A stretch of DNA of 64,000 nucleotides from positions 38,400,001-38,464,000 of the forward strand of contig CP068257.2 of NCBI GenBank assembly GCA_009914755.4, read 5' to 3'. The notes under the pieces were generated by a model. The model did no database searches, was not told the DNA's origin, and saw only the letters and a program-made list of their open reading frames with translations. The translations under genes were made by a program, and so were the position numbers. Position 1 is the stretch's first letter. Each line of letters opens with the position of its first letter. This DNA comes from the human T2T-CHM13v2.0 reference genome, Homo sapiens. Positions 34,501-50,128 of this stretch are shown piece after piece.

Positions 34501-37500
34501 AAATATAATTTTTACTTGGATTCCACAGGAAGCCTTTTTTGTGTAACTTACTAGCTCATCTACTGAGCAAATAAACGCTGGGATTTACTGCTCCTTCATG
34601 GAAAGTATTTTGTTAGGCTCCCAGCATTCTAATATAAATAAAACTCGGTGATTAAGCTTCATGCCTGCTCAGCAGCCCATGAGTTGGAGGGCACAGGATA
34701 TAAATAGCTCATGGCCTTTCAACATGGGGTTTGAACCCTAATTAAGCTTCTGCCCATTGAATCAGATTATTTTAATTATCCTGAGTTTGGGATGAGAGAG
34801 GATTTTGTAGATAATATAATAGGTTACAGAACATGTCATGCGTACTGTGATCATGGTATTAATCTGCTTTCATCTGTGCCATTGGTTTCCATATCTTGCA
34901 GTTGTGGAGGTCCAGCTTTACATAACGAATTTACTAGTTGTCTCAGAGAGAGGATGAAACTGGGAGATCTGAACACTCCCTCATGTAACTAAAAAATATT
35001 TATCTAGCACTTATTACATCCTGGACCACTGGATGCACCTCACCCACCCCAGGTATTTCCCTCAGGGCCACTGCTAGTCCCATCCTGGGTAACAGAGGGC
35101 ATTTTTTCTTTCAAAGTCTCAGCAATAAAGATTCAAGTCCATGTTGTAAGCTCTTGTCATTGAATGTGCGTACATGTGAAGTCTATTCTTTAGTCTCTAC
35201 ATATTCTATATGTAGTATCTCTACCTAAAGGCCATGTAGAATGACTGAGAGTGAGAGCTTTGGAATTAGGCTGCCTGGGCTGGAAGTTCATATTCACTAC
35301 TCCCTGGCTGTGTCGCTGGCCAAGTGACCTTGTCAGACAGACCTGACTAATCCCCTAGTCTCTGAGACTAGGTGATGTCATCACCCACGTTAAGAGCTGT
35401 CCTGAAGTTTAAATGAGATTAATGTGCCCAAGTGCTCCGGGCACATGGCACAGGCACAGCTGGCCGTGCCCATGATTCCTATGCAGCAAACATGACTCAA
35501 TGTCTTTTCTTTTCCATTCCCATTGTTCTGATCTCAGAACTTGATGGCTGATTGGTATTTATCCACTACATGCCTGTGTCAGACACTGTGGCTGGTATGG
35601 GGATGAGGACATGGATAGAGTCCTAGTTTTCCAGTGTATTATAATCCACAGGAAAGACAGAGAAGTAATCAGTGCAGCAGAACCAGCCAAGGGATGTGTT
35701 TTCACTACTGACAGAGATAAATAGCAAATTGTTATGATTTCTTCCATCCTCATAAGAATCTGTTGCAACCCTCTGGCAAACTAATAAAATGCCTAGAAAC
35801 ATAACTTCTACAATGCAGTCATTCTGGTATGCAAGCAACATGTTTTAGATGCTTTTCTTAAAAATAAAGAATTCTTGCAATGACAACACAGTCCTAACAT
35901 ACAAAATAGAATCACGATGTGTTCTCTAGCTGAGAAAATAGAGAATACAAATGATTCTCTGCAAGTATGCCAAACTGTGGTGAGAAGAACCGGCTCCATG
36001 GAATTCACAGAGGTATAAACACCTGGGCAGAGGTGAGAAGCTCTGGTGCAAGAAGCTAGTGGGGGACTGTGCTTCAGAAAGTTCATGGGTTTCAGACTCT
36101 TGAACCCACTGTGGGGCCAGTCACCTACCATTTCTAACTCTAAATAAAACACGGAGTGTTGTCAGTCCCTCACACTGTGGTTTTTGAGGAAGATTTAATG
36201 AAAAAAATGATCCAGCAGATCTTTTACTAATACAGAGGGTTCTGCAAATGCTAAATTAATACGCTCAATTTGGAGAGTGAGGGGGGAACCAGAGACTGAT
36301 GCATGCATTTGAGTAGATTTGCTTGATGTTGGTAAACATCATTTAGTGAAATTCAGCACAAAGGACAGAAACATTGTTCTATAAGCTATAGTGTTTCCCT
36401 GTGATCATCAGGCTAAGCCCCAGGGACAGCATCTCAGCACTCTCAGAATGAAATGCACCTGCCAGGCACTGGCTTAGGGGACCCTGAAAGATGAGGACAG
36501 CTGTTTCTCTGTCTCACCTTTTCCCTGCCTTTCACTGTGCTCCAGTGCCACTTCCATCCTCATCATGCGGGGAACCTTGGGAGCTTTTCCCTGCTGCCCC
36601 CTCTGCTCCTGCTGTGACTCTGATCTTGTTTCATGTCTTCCCCTCACTGGAAGTCCTCCTGAATGACTTGGACCCAAGAGAGCCCCTCCCACTGCTCCAC
36701 ACGCCCGCTGACTCACCATGGCTTCATTCTCTTTCTGTCTAGGACTTACTGAGAAATGAAAACTACTTTAGTTCCATGTCTAATGTCTGCCCCCTGACTA
36801 GGATGAAATGAATGTCTTTTTGCATCTTACTCATGGTGTATCTCCATCATACAGCACTGAGCCATATACGTAAAGTGAAACCTGAATAAATACTTTTGAG
36901 TGCTGAATGAACGCATTAACATTCCCAGCCCTGCTTCCAACTTTATAGCCATGAGATACACACACGTCCCTCCCATGTGCGTCCTGCCTGGCACTCGCTG
37001 ACCACTGGTTTACAGTATCTGCTGTGACTCCGGTTCATGTCTCTGTTGATATTTTACATGCCAACAAATCAACTTCCCCATTATTCTGGGGCTGACCATG
37101 AAGCTGGAAGGTTGCCAGTGCTTTTGTTTTGGGCTGCTGCTTCTCCTGTCTTAACTATTTATGACTAGCTTTATGCATTCTCGGCTGCTAGCTGACCATT
37201 GACAGGGAAGCAGAAATGCATGTTGCTTTTTACCTGGCAGGAAGAACTGATGTGCCGGAGGGGTCCTGCCCTGCTGCGTTACATGCAGGAAACATTTCTA
37301 ACCCTTGGGGCAGTGTTTCTCAATGTGGGGTCCAAACGGCCAGCATCAGAATCACCCAGGGTGTCTGTTACCATGCGGATTCCTAGGCCAGAATCTCTGG
37401 GTGGAGGCCTGGAATTGATATTTAAATAGGCACCAGGTGATTCTGATGCATGTAAAGGTGGAGAACGAGACCCAGGGCATCTGCTCTGTTGTCTCTTTTG

Positions 37501-37715
37501 CCTGCTCTTCTGCCACCGTTTCCAACAGAATGCTGAAGCCAATGCTGCATCACTCTAAAAATCTAATCCTTTCAATATCTGTAACTTTTTCTGATTTAGC
37601 AGCAAAAAAGTGGCTCTTAAACCCATTGGAGCAGTGTCTTGGAGTAGCAGCAAGCCACACCAGGCAGTTCACAAGGGAGAAGCCAACGGCTGAAGAGATG
37701 TCAAAGCCCTTGAAT

Positions 37716-38001
37716 CTTTTTTTTTTTTGGAGACAGAGTCTCGCTCTGTCGTCCAGGCTGGAGTGCAGTGGCGTGATCTCAGCTCACTGCAAGCTCTGCC
37801 TCCCAGGTTCACGCCATTCTCCTGCCTCGGCCTTCTGAGTAGCTGGGACTACAGGTGCCCGCCACCAGGCCGGCTAATTTTTCTTATTTTTAGTAGAGAC
37901 GAGGTTTCACCATGTTAGCCAGGATGGTCTCAATCTCCTGACCTCGTGATCCGACCGCCTCGGCCTCCCAAAGTGCTGGGATTGAGCCACTGCGCCCAGT
38001 C
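37716..38001 (-). mobile_element. AluY-like (minus orientation). Retains many CpGs and has a 10-bp internal deletion near the 5' end
   Basis: Poly-T then GGAGACAGAGTCTCGCTCTGTCGTCCAGGCTGGAGTGCAGTGGCGTGATCTCAGCTCACTGCAAGCTCTGCCTCCC... ending ...GGGATTGAGCCACTGCGCCCAG. Confidence 0.85.
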
Positions 38002-39151
38002 TGGATCATTTTTTAAGAGCAAGGCTCTGGCACACACCCCTTTGCAAAGCTAATTCCCACTCATATCCCGTTTATGTCTTCAGAATGTATTAATGTGATC
38101 AAAGAAGAAAGGCGGTAAGAAGATTAGACAAAAGGAAGAGGTAAAAGACTTCTTTAGAATGTAGAATATTCTTGAAAACATTTTTTAAATGAATTTCAAT
38201 GCCTGCTGAAACTGTTTTCTGTATATTACAATGTTATTTCGTAGGCAATGGGTTTACTTCATAAAGCTCACTGCATTTCGCAAATGCTTCCCAAGCTAGG
38301 ATTTATGAAGAATAGCTTTTAACATTATAATAGTTATTTTTCTAATAATAACACACTATTCTAAGAATGTAAATTTTTGCAAAGAAATTGATTAGAGATT
38401 TGAAAGCTAGACGTCAAAGTTTCCAAAATGATAATAATCAGGACATCAATTTCTCAGTCTTTAAAGAGATTTAGGAACGATTCCAATTATGAAGAAATAA
38501 GAGTATCTAATTAATAAGCTCTAGATACATATTAGGGGATTCACCTTCATTGCAGTAATTAATTTCCATATATTATGGATGCAAATATTAATAACAAAAT
38601 CCAACATAATCTTCACATTAACTAGAATTATAATTTTTCTCAAACAGTGTGTTCAGGGGCAAAAGCATAAGCTTTGGGGATAGATGGGTCTGTTTCTGAA
38701 TCTTGGTTTTACTACTTATGTGTGCAACTTTATACTGTTTGCATAATTTATCTGAGGCTGCAGTTTTCTCATCTGCAGAATAGAGGCTATGATACCTGCT
38801 TCACGAGTAGGTATCTTACAGGATTGTTGCAAAGATAACGTGCATGACATCATCGTTCTATCCCAATACTGGCATACAGCAGATACACACTAAAGTAGAT
38901 TACTTTTTTCCTTTTCTGTGTTGCTTAAATTAAAAAAATAAATACATGTACCTGAAATTTCTAGCACTTTTTATAGTAACCAATACTAACAGTAATTCAA
39001 CTGACATAATAATAGCCAAGATCCATCAATAACAGCTCATTATCCCAATTAGGGATGTTATTATACCCATTTGTTTCTCAGGCATAGGTATGAAAAGCCA
39101 CACATTTTCATTTGAGAGAGAAAGAACATTACTATGTTTTCAGCATTGTTA

Positions 39152-39457
<306 letters not shown>

Positions 39458-42400
39458 CTAAAGTGACAAAAATGATTGAAAATTCAAGCACTGAATTAGC
39501 ATTACTCTAGAGTGCTAGGAATAGAAGCTTCTTCCTAGGGGTTGGCTTTGGGAGCAATGAGCTAAGAAGAACCATGACTATGCAGAGAAGGAGCTCTCTT
39601 TTCTCTTTGGGCTTGGCTTTTCATTAAGCTAACATTGATTTGAACTCTGGATTTATGTGTTTGTCAAAAGCTTCTCTGAGACATCATCTGCGATGCCAGC
39701 CCCCTCACCAGTGATGAGGCTGTCAATGAAGACAGGTCCCTTTGGCTGCTGGGAAGCTCTGTTTGCAGGACTAGAAAATCGCCACTACAGTTCTCTCTAC
39801 TGAGGTTTGCTCTCATTCTGAACTTGGCTAATGTTTGGAGGGGAAATAAAAGAGAAGAAAACATGCCAGTCTTCAGAGCTTATTGATTGCTCTATTTTAA
39901 AGGACTCAAGGTATGTTCCTTTTCTTCCCACCTCCTGTAAGCTTTAAGCACTCTAGAACATCCATTAACTGACTTCTCCTACATGATTCACTTGTCAGAC
40001 TTCCCAAGTCCTACTGCCGTGGGCACTTGAAGGTGAGCGAGGCAGGAGCCTGGGTTTGGATGGGTTCTGGGCATCTTAGTGCTTGGAGCAGGAGCTGCTG
40101 TTTGAGCTGGGTCATTATTTGGTGGGCCAGGATTCTCATTACTACCTTGTGATATGTTTCATACTTTTTAAAAAGCTTTTTTACTCCAAGGGAGACTTTG
40201 GCTAGGATATACAGATTTTTCATAAATTTTCAAAGATTGCAGCCCAGGATGCTGTTGCTAAGAGTTTATCAGTCAGCAGGGACCATACTGCAGCCCTGCC
40301 CTGACACTGCAACAGGGATGCGAAAGTCGTAAACAACACAGCTCGACTTCTGTGCCCAAAAAAGGCTCTGAACAGAATGAACCTTACAAAATCCAATTAC
40401 TCAGTCTCTGGCAGGAAAGGAAAGCCTCTCAAAGTTAGAATAAAATTTCCTGGCAGAGAAATAGAGGAAAGGCTGCCAAGATGTCTGTGAGTATCCCAGC
40501 GCATGGTGCGGTGAGGTTGGCACCACAGCAGGCGCCTGGGCTTGGCTTGGAGGTCCGGCCCCGTGGCGGTCACTCGACTCCTCAAAGAGGGTGGCTCTTC
40601 CACAGAGACAGCTTCCTACAACTGGACCCAGCACGAGAGGCTCCGTGTCTACATTTGTTTTTCATTAATGATGGGATATGTCACAGTTTCTAGCAGGCAG
40701 GCCCTTTTAGATCACACCAGATGATCTGCGGGGCTAGGTTACACACTTTTCATGGAAAATTTTGGGCGCCTGTCTGATCATGAGGTTAACCATTCATTCT
40801 AGCTGGAAATTAATGTCACTGTAATATTGGATTCTTGTGGTCAGAGCCCAGAGCATTTTGAAGCACCACAGTTCCACTTCCCAGTAATTAGAAAATGCCA
40901 TCGACCCATTGTCAGGCATCACAAGGAGGTCAAGGGCTCTTGCTGATACATGATCCTGCATGGACTGGGATGGATCTCTGGCGAACGGTCATATTTACAA
41001 ATGGAAATGACTGGCAGGCTTCCTCTGGTGTTAAGCCCCCCAGTGACCAGCTCTTGGAAGGCCATAGACCACTCATGGCATCTGCCTAGCTATCTATTTT
41101 CATAGCCATATGTAGGATTATTGTCTAGTGAGACGCATTTAGCAAATATTGTAACGTGTTATATAACCATGGTGACCTCCACAAACTATGTAACCTCTCT
41201 GTGTCTCAGTTACAAAAGAAACTTTTCCTATGTTGGCTGGAAGGGTTAAATTAAATAATGCATATAAATGGCTTATAAAATTATATGGTCAAAGGAATTA
41301 CATTCTAATTTTTGAAATTTTTTCAAAGGAAATTTTCAGTTTTAATGCCCAATCTACTGGGTGAAACAAAAGAGATTCCAGGTATACCTTCCCCTTTCCC
41401 AAAAAAAGATAATCAAAAGCAAAACATAGTAGCTTATCCCTTGTCCTGATACAAGCAAGCTAATAAAATCTTGTGTACTTTAGGGCAGGTAGTGCCACCT
41501 CACATACATGGTTTAACTGAAGTGTTTCACTGAAGTTAGCTGATCAAGAGCCACTTTGCACTTGACCAATCTTTAAGTGCTGCTATGCCTGGACCAAATG
41601 TGACTTCAGCCAGGAGAACCCAGGCCTTAGAATTTAGGAGCCATTAGGTCAAGATGTCTCCAGTGGTGGGTGGGGCAGCAGAAGGGTGATGGTTGATGGA
41701 GCAGGTGTTCTGCCCACCTGGTCTCTTACCACTGCCTTCCCGGCAGGAGGCAGCTGGGCTATGTGCTGAGAGTCAGGCAGTTTATCCAGACCACAAGAAA
41801 GGGTTGTCCTGGGACTCATGCCAGCAAACACCTTCCAAAACAAACATAGCCAGGTTTGAAAAGAGGCAGCCTCGGAGCCTGCCTCAGGGTGTTTCCATGG
41901 GCACTCAAAAGCTTGGATAACTTCTGGTTGAGGGTTTCTTGGAAGCAGCCTGTTGGTGTGGAAGCAGGTGGCCTGCTGCTGTGCTAGCTGTCATTGGAGA
42001 CAGACAGCATGGCGGTGAGTGTGGCCAGGTGGGGAACCTGGTTCTGCGCCTGTCTCTGTGACCTTGGAAAGCTACACAGACCTCTCTACATCTTGGTTAC
42101 AAAAGCAAGACTTCTTTCATATGTTGGTTGAAAGGTTAAATTAAGTAATGCACACGAAGTGCTTATAAAAACTATGTGACATTTACAGAATTCTCAATAC
42201 ATGTTAGCTATTCTTCTCATTATTACTGGAAAGGAAATATAAGGTATTTCACTCCGGAATAAATAGAATAATCGAGGCAGGCAGTGTGGGGTAATGGACT
42301 TCAGGTGGAAAGAGGCTGGGAAGAGTGAAGATACCTGGGTTCTGGTTGAACAAGCCAGAAAACCTCAGGGTGGCTGTTCTGAAACCCTAAAACTAGGGCC

Positions 42401-42953
42401 CTGGTGTTTTTCCCAAAGTGCTGCTGGGGAAACAGCTGCAGGATGTTTCTGGGGCACTGGTGTGGGGGAAGATACCCTGTACAAAGACATGTGTTTGTTT
42501 AAGTGTTAAGTACAGTTTAAAAGTTTTATTTAATGAAGGCTTGCATTATCAGAGTTGATGAGGGGGGCACGGAGTGGATTTTCAACCTGGGGCTTTAGAG
42601 TGCAGGCCTTCTGGATTGATGTGTAGTCGATTACAGATGTTTATTCCTTGGAGTGGCATCCGTAGCCTCCCCTGGAAAGATCCCAAATGGATCAGAGCTG
42701 AGGGATTTCTGTCCCAAATGCCTGGAACTGACTGGCATATTGGCATATATGGTGGTATATATAAGTCAAATTTTCTGCACATTTGCTGGTACTGATTCTT
42801 CTTCACAAGAACAATTCTCTACCTTCTAGCTTTGGTACTCACGTAGCCTTCAAGACGCTCTCCTGTCTAATATTTCCCACATCCTGGGGTTTGGATTGAG
42901 AAGGCATGGCTGTGGCAGCCACTTTGTGTAAAGTGGCAAATAGGGCAGCTTAC

Positions 42954-43069
42954 CAATGGTCTCCATCGTGTCTCTCTCTTCAATCAAAAGCTGAGCCCTG
43001 GGTATGTCGATGTGCATTCGCAGGGTCTGCTGTTGCTTGCTTAACGTATCTGAAGTCCGGGTATTCTTA
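42954..43069 (-). CDS. DSCAM: DSCAM cytoplasmic exon, 116 nt, phase 2 in / phase 1 out. Encodes (S)[38 protein letters not shown](D)
   Basis: Acceptor ccattttattcccag|TAAGAATACCCGG and donor ACCATTG|gtaagctgc on the minus strand. Only one frame is open. Not in the ORF track because it is under 60 aa. The peptide matched a stretch I recalled for the DSCAM tail before I located it in the sequence. Confidence 0.8.
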
Positions 43070-44991
43070 CTGGGAATAAAATGGGGTAATGCATTAACAA
43101 ATCCAGTTCAGTGTTAACATTCTACCAACATGCACCTGTATACCAACTTAGTTTATTGTCTAAATATACAAATACCTTGTGAGGAGGGGAACAGAAAACG
43201 TACATACTATGAAAACGTTTCCTTCATTCAAATGTTATTTATTTATTAATATTAAATTTCAGCTGGCTGGAGAGTTTCAGAAAATACAAATTGTCAATAG
43301 AGATTGGCTCTATATCTACCAATAGAATCTTTAGAAAGTTCTCATTTCTTGTGTAAATGCTAAATGAAACAAATGAAAAGCAATTAAAAACCAACAGCAT
43401 TTTCATTTGTCAGATGTGAGATATTCCAGTGATGGTGAGGAATAAAGCACCAGATATTCCAAAGATGGTGAGGGAAAAAGCACGTGCACCAGCTGTTTGT
43501 CGGATGGGAGTTTTACTAATGGATTTGTATTTATATCTGGTGTCATTTTATTTTTGTTCTAGAAGCAAATCACAAACCTTGTTAGCTTCCCTGACGTTAG
43601 TTTTCCTAACTGATAGTACATTTTAGAATGGAAAAAAAGCAATTACTATCATAATTTAATCTCAAAATTTGTGTATCAGAAGATTACTCTTAGAGTGAGC
43701 TGTTCTCTAAAAGTAAATGAAAATAAGTAGTAAAACTGCATGGTAGAATCGGATTCAGTTATAGCCTGCAGTTAAAAAAAAAACTCCACGTTGCACAAAA
43801 ATCTAAAAAAGTCAATAAAGACTTTAATTAGCAATCCACATTAGAAGGGTGGTTGTTCAGTCTTTACAGAATAATAAGACTTTACTAGATGTTCAAATAG
43901 TATTTACTGAAGCATCCTCTAAGAAGCAGCAGTCACTTGGATAATCCAATCAATGGCATAATCTATGGCATCCATCAATCCAGCTCAATTGTTGTTAACA
44001 CTGGTTTTGAGAAAGATTTCTGGAGCCTAGTTAACTCAATAATGGTTTACCTCTGTGTTACTTTTAGTGGAGACCAAAATAGGAATACTCAATGCTACAT
44101 TTTAAATGCTTTCCCCTCTAACCGAGCCATTTACCCCAAGTCCCAGGGCTGTGCCTCCACCGATCCTTCCTTGTTAATGAGGACTCATCCACTCTTAAAC
44201 CAAGTGGTGGACAGAACTTTAATTATCCCAAAGTGAAGGTCACTCAAGTACCCCCTTAGATGTTTGCCTGATGAGATCCATGTATACTCCTCGTTTGAGT
44301 AAAAGCAAATTATCCCATGAAAAAGACAACTTCTGAAAGGTGCAACATTCCTACTTAGGACTTGATCTTGAACCAGATTGCTTGCTCTGCAGATAAGGAA
44401 CTGGGCTATGTACCTACATCATGCTAATTATGCAGAGCCCAAATTCAAACGTTTTGTCCTGACTTTTCACATGGTCTCCAAGCTCTTTCAAATTACTGAC
44501 TTAACTAACTTGTCATTCGTTGATTTTGTTAAAAAGAGAGTAATGAAAAAATTCAAATAATCAAATAAAAGGAGGAGCATTTTGGTTACTTGGGGGGCTG
44601 CATTTACGGCATGCTTAGACAAGCTATATTTCCACAAAAACATATGGGGAACTACTCCTCTGTGAATATCCCAAAGATCTGTTTAGAAACCTCACTAGGG
44701 ACTTGAGCTTGTCCTTGCACCAAAAATAGAAGTGTGAGCTAGTTCCTTCTGCTCTTCATGAATAGTTATGAGGCAGTCAGCGGCTGCTCTATTAAATAGC
44801 GATGAACACCAAGTGCAGGCTATACTTAAACAACAATAAGGGGTCTGCTACCAGATTGCCACAGGAAGCAGGCTAAATAATGGCTGTGAACCACTGCGAC
44901 TGGCTGGCACCAAGATTTAGAACTTGATTCAACTCTGCGAACCAGGACAACCAAGGCTGGAGGTAAATTCTTCCTCCTCAGAAGACTATAA

Positions 44992-45400
<409 letters not shown>

Positions 45401-48400
45401 GGACTCACAGTTCTTCTTTCTCTTTGCACTTGGCTGTTCCCGTTGTTTAGAACACACTTCCCCTGCTACCCCCAAAACCCACATACTGGCTCCCTTGTTG
45501 CAAGGCTGGACTCAGATGCCATCATCTTTCCAGTGGAGCCAGGCTGGCCCTGCGATGGGGACGTCTTCTGTGTCCTGTCCCCATTCTCTGTTTAATTTTG
45601 TCTGCTTGGCACTTATTACTCTCTAGCATATACTTAGTTGATTTATCTTATCCATTATCTGCCTCTCTCACTGGAAAATATGCTCCACCAGGGTTTTCTT
45701 CACCTGCTCTGTTTCCTGTGTCTCCCTAGAACTTAGAACAGTATATGGCCAAAGTAGGTGCTCAATAAATATCTGTGAAGTAAATCCTCACATTGATTTA
45801 TTTTGAGGGCACAACGTGAGCTGAGTGAGATGTCCCCAAGACTTTGTTTTGAGGCAATAATATCCTTCTCATTCTAAAAGGTCACTGGATTCCAACTAAG
45901 TTATTTCATTACTTAATATTTGCTGTCACTTTTGACAATCTATTGTTACATTTATATTTATCACTCTGTGTTCTGTTAACCTCAAAAATGATAACAATTG
46001 GTCATTAGAATGGCAGCAAACCTTAAAAAAGTGATTTGAACAAACCTCATTTGCAACCTGGAAAAACAGTCCAAATGTTTTCACTGTGGAAGCAAAAATT
46101 GCATCTTTTTTGCATGGCATAGGATCATGCTAAACATATTAGTTATTATTGAGCTATAATCTTCAACCATCCATTTATTTGCCATCTGGTTGTTTGAATA
46201 AAATGAGAAGAAGAGGAGAGCAGAGACGGTTTCATAGGGCAGAGAATTTCCCAGCTTAGCCAATCAATTATTTGCAGCCACTGCCACTCTTCAAAGTCTT
46301 AATAGTCCATCATCCTCCCAAATATGACACAGAACATTCCTTAAATGTACAATGACTATTGGACTATTAGGAGCATAGCTCATTATAACACTAGGGTAGA
46401 GATTTTTTATTATGTGCACAAAAATATGAACATCAAAAAAGCTGAACTAATTTGAACCTTTTTCTGCTTACACCCAACTCACTCGCTAATGCTGATTCCT
46501 GGACCTTAAACATTATATGTTAGCTCTCTACAGTATACAGTTATCTCTTTGGAGCAAACACCTCTTAGAAGGCTGTTTTTTAAAAATAAAAATCTTACAT
46601 AAAAATATAAAAGGACAATCTTTCTGTCTGGGTGTGAGGGATGCAGTCTCTCTTCTCTGGGGTGATGTGCATGGGTGAAACAGGTGGATATCTAGGAGCA
46701 TGAAGCCCAGCAATGGGTGATGCTGCCAGGCCAGGAATCCCTGGGGACCTAGACTGAGTGGGTATGTTCTGCTGTCCAATCTGCCTTCCTGGCCTGGCCC
46801 TCAGCTAATCTCCCTGAAATACGCAGATACTTCTTGGTAGAAAATGGTTGAAAAATAAATGTTACATCCATTTAGAACACAGAATGTGGAGTGATAAAGC
46901 TAGAAACAATGTTGAATTTTTTATTTTATTTTTATTTTTTAGGTAAGGAAAACAAAGCGGTAAAATGACCTACTAAGATCTGAAAACCAGCTTATGGCCA
47001 CATGGGGCCTAGAGCACAGACTTGTGGTTCGTATTCTCACTGTACCAGGCTGCCAGTTCCTTTGACTTCTAGAGAAAACAGCAACACAGACCAGGGGTAG
47101 CTGTTCAGTATCTTTCTCTCTGCCAGTGGACATGATTTGTCTGGACCCCCTGGGCCATGTCCAAATATGGTTGATCCTAAATTGACCAGTTAGGTAATGA
47201 GGTTTTTGTTTGCTTGGCCCATTCACCTGCCGAACTTAGATTGAACCAACCTTTCATGGGTAAAAGCTTTGCTTTTACTTCTAAATTAATCCCATACAAA
47301 TCCACCTATTGGAGGAGCTTGAAAATTCTCTTCCTTTTCAATCACTTTGACCATTTGAAGGAAAACCACTGTAACTATCATAAGTGGTTGTGATTACTGG
47401 CTTTACTCTTCCTAATTCATGCTGGTAACTGGCAATAGGAAGACCATAATTAATTCCTCCTCTTATCAACAGATGGTCTTGCAACCACAGCAACTGCCCT
47501 ATTCATAGAGGATGCTTGCTAATGTCTTTCTCAGAGGCTAGGGAGAAGGAGTAGGAATGTACTCTAGAATATGAGGAGAAGAGAAAAAGCAAATCATCCT
47601 AATTGAGCAAATGTTGAACATGTCAGAAAATATAGCCCGCAGTTTCACAGCCTCTGGACAAAGGCATGATTTACAGTTTGGGAGTAGATAGGGGAGGGGG
47701 CCAGGGTAGGTTGTGCAGAGCACAGTTGAGGGGAGGAGAAGCTCTCTGGAGGGCTGAAGGAGCCCTGCTCAGTGTACGGACTGGTGAAGCAGGCCCGGGG
47801 TGGGGTAGGGGTGGGGGCTGCGGTGGTGAGCAAACTCACGCCATTCTAAAGGGCTACTGTGCCTACCTCCAGGCACCATTATCACCTCCGCGGTGCTAGT
47901 ATGGCCAGGGCATTTTCAAGAGAAATCAGAAAGCCAAATTTTATGTGAAATCTCCTCATTTTAAATGTCATCAACTAATTCATATTTTTAAAGTCTACCT
48001 TTGACAATTTCTTTTATTAGGTAGATCAGTTATTACAAGTCATGTGACTCTGACTTCTTTGTTTTCCAGCTTCTTTGTGTTAAGCAGATCTTTGTTTTAT
48101 CAGATCTGCTTAACACAAGTGCATGTGTGTTTGGATGTGTTCCCTGTGACCCATAAATGTCACATAAACAAAAAGCACGGGCTGAAGGCATCTCATGCAA
48201 TTTCTGTAATCTTCTCCTGGAAATGTGATGAAGTACCCCTTATGAAGGAGATACTGTACAGGGAATTTGCATCTTTGCTTTTCCTCTGAGCTCCAGATTT
48301 CTGCTACCAGTTGTCTATCTGACATTTCCTCTGGATGCCTTAAAAATAATCCCAAATTCAACATGACCCAAATAGGTCTTTTCATTCCCATCAATACCTC

Positions 48401-48494
48401 CTCCCAACCTACCTTCCAAAAAAATCAAAAGTCCATAGCCTGCCTCTATCTTCCTAATCTTGGCAGATGGCACCAACATTCATCAGATCAGTCA

Positions 48495-48836
<342 letters not shown>

Positions 48837-50097
48837 TCATATCATTGTTTTACCTACGATTCACATTGTTTTGAAATACGGTATGGCCAAACAAAATGTC
48901 TGTAGGATGGAATCTGTGTGCCAATGGCATTCTACTACTGCCTTCGGTCTTCAAAGATATTAGTGATATGGAACATGGGAAGTTTTTAAATAACAAAGAG
49001 TACTAATTTTATATGTATAGATGGAGGAGGAAGTCACAGGCAAATGTGTTGGTGATGGGAGTGGGAAGAGGTCCTAGATCCACCCTCTCTCTCCCACGTA
49101 AATCATCCTAAACTGGCAATGTTGAGTTCACTATCGGAGTCCTTGACATTTTCCCTACTTATTTCCTAGACTCTGATTTTCCTTTTTCACTTTTCATGTA
49201 ATCATTGCAATATGAAAGGCCTAAAATGCAAATATCAGGGTGAGGTAACACATCAGGCAATTAATCCATACGTGTAAATGCTTCATATCAGAGTGTTCTA
49301 GTATTTACAGAGTAAAAAGGTTGGACAGCACAAGAAAACTGAACATTTGAAGAGGGGGACTGGGTGGAAAATAGAGTTTGGGGACGTGAAAGTAACACAC
49401 TTGTCACAGCTTTGCCAATCACAAGCCTGTGGACGTGTGAAAGGAAAGCTGTGAAGGATGCATTTCTGTCTTCCACAGTTGTGAACATTCTCGTACTCAT
49501 TCAATAACCACTCTTCATTCATCCCCTCCACGGTTATGAATGGGGCAACTACTGTGCTGGCTACTCCTAACACGAGGATGAACTATGAAGGCTGTGACTT
49601 CCAGGACCAGAATAGACAGTGAACAGACAGTGGTAAGAGGAGCTGAAGGGTGCCCTGGTGGAGGGTGCTGATGGAGACACAGAGCCTTTGAAGAGCATGG
49701 GGCATAGCACATTCCTTTTGTGCTTTTCTTTTAACTTGGATTATTCTGTTAGAAAGAAGGCTTGACCTCACCAGTAGTAAATTTAGATGAAGGCAAAACT
49801 AAAGCTACTTCCTCTTTACGTGCTTCTGTTCCCAGGCTAATGGGAAGCCTTCTATTGGTTGTGTCCAGCCAACAAGACAACTACCTGTGGCATGTCTACA
49901 AATACATCATTTTCATCTACACCTTCAGCTAGGCATTACATGGATATTTTGGAATGTATAGGAAATTACAGTCTTTTCTAAAAAGAAAAGACATTATCAA
50001 TTTCAGACTGCCATTATTAAAAAAATAGAAATCATCAAGGCAAGTTGGAAATTGTTCTTTCAAACATGATATCTGGGGTGCTAGGTCTTGTTCTTAC

Positions 50098-50128
50098 CTC
50101 ATGAGCATTTCAGCTAAACTCTTTGCAT
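50098..50128 (-). CDS. DSCAM: DSCAM 31-nt microexon (ATGCAAAGAGTTTAGCTGAAATGCTCATGAG), phase 1 in / phase 2 out. Encodes (D)AKSLAEMLM(S)
   Basis: Flanked on the minus strand by acceptor ctttctttccccag| and donor GAG|gtaagaa. I found it by searching for the reverse complement of a peptide predicted from memory. It restores the frame between the TM exon (ends phase 1) and exon 42954-43069 (starts phase 2). Confidence 0.75.

Noticed and set aside
39664-39864. Minus-strand ORF (…SGDFLVLQTELPSSQRDLSSLTASSLVRGLASQ…) 330 bp upstream of the real exon at 39187-39336. It has a good donor, CACTG|gtgagg.
   Set aside because: The acceptor region is purine-rich with no polypyrimidine tract. The frame and phase are incompatible with the flanking DSCAM exons. 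The DSCAM protein length is already fully accounted for without it.
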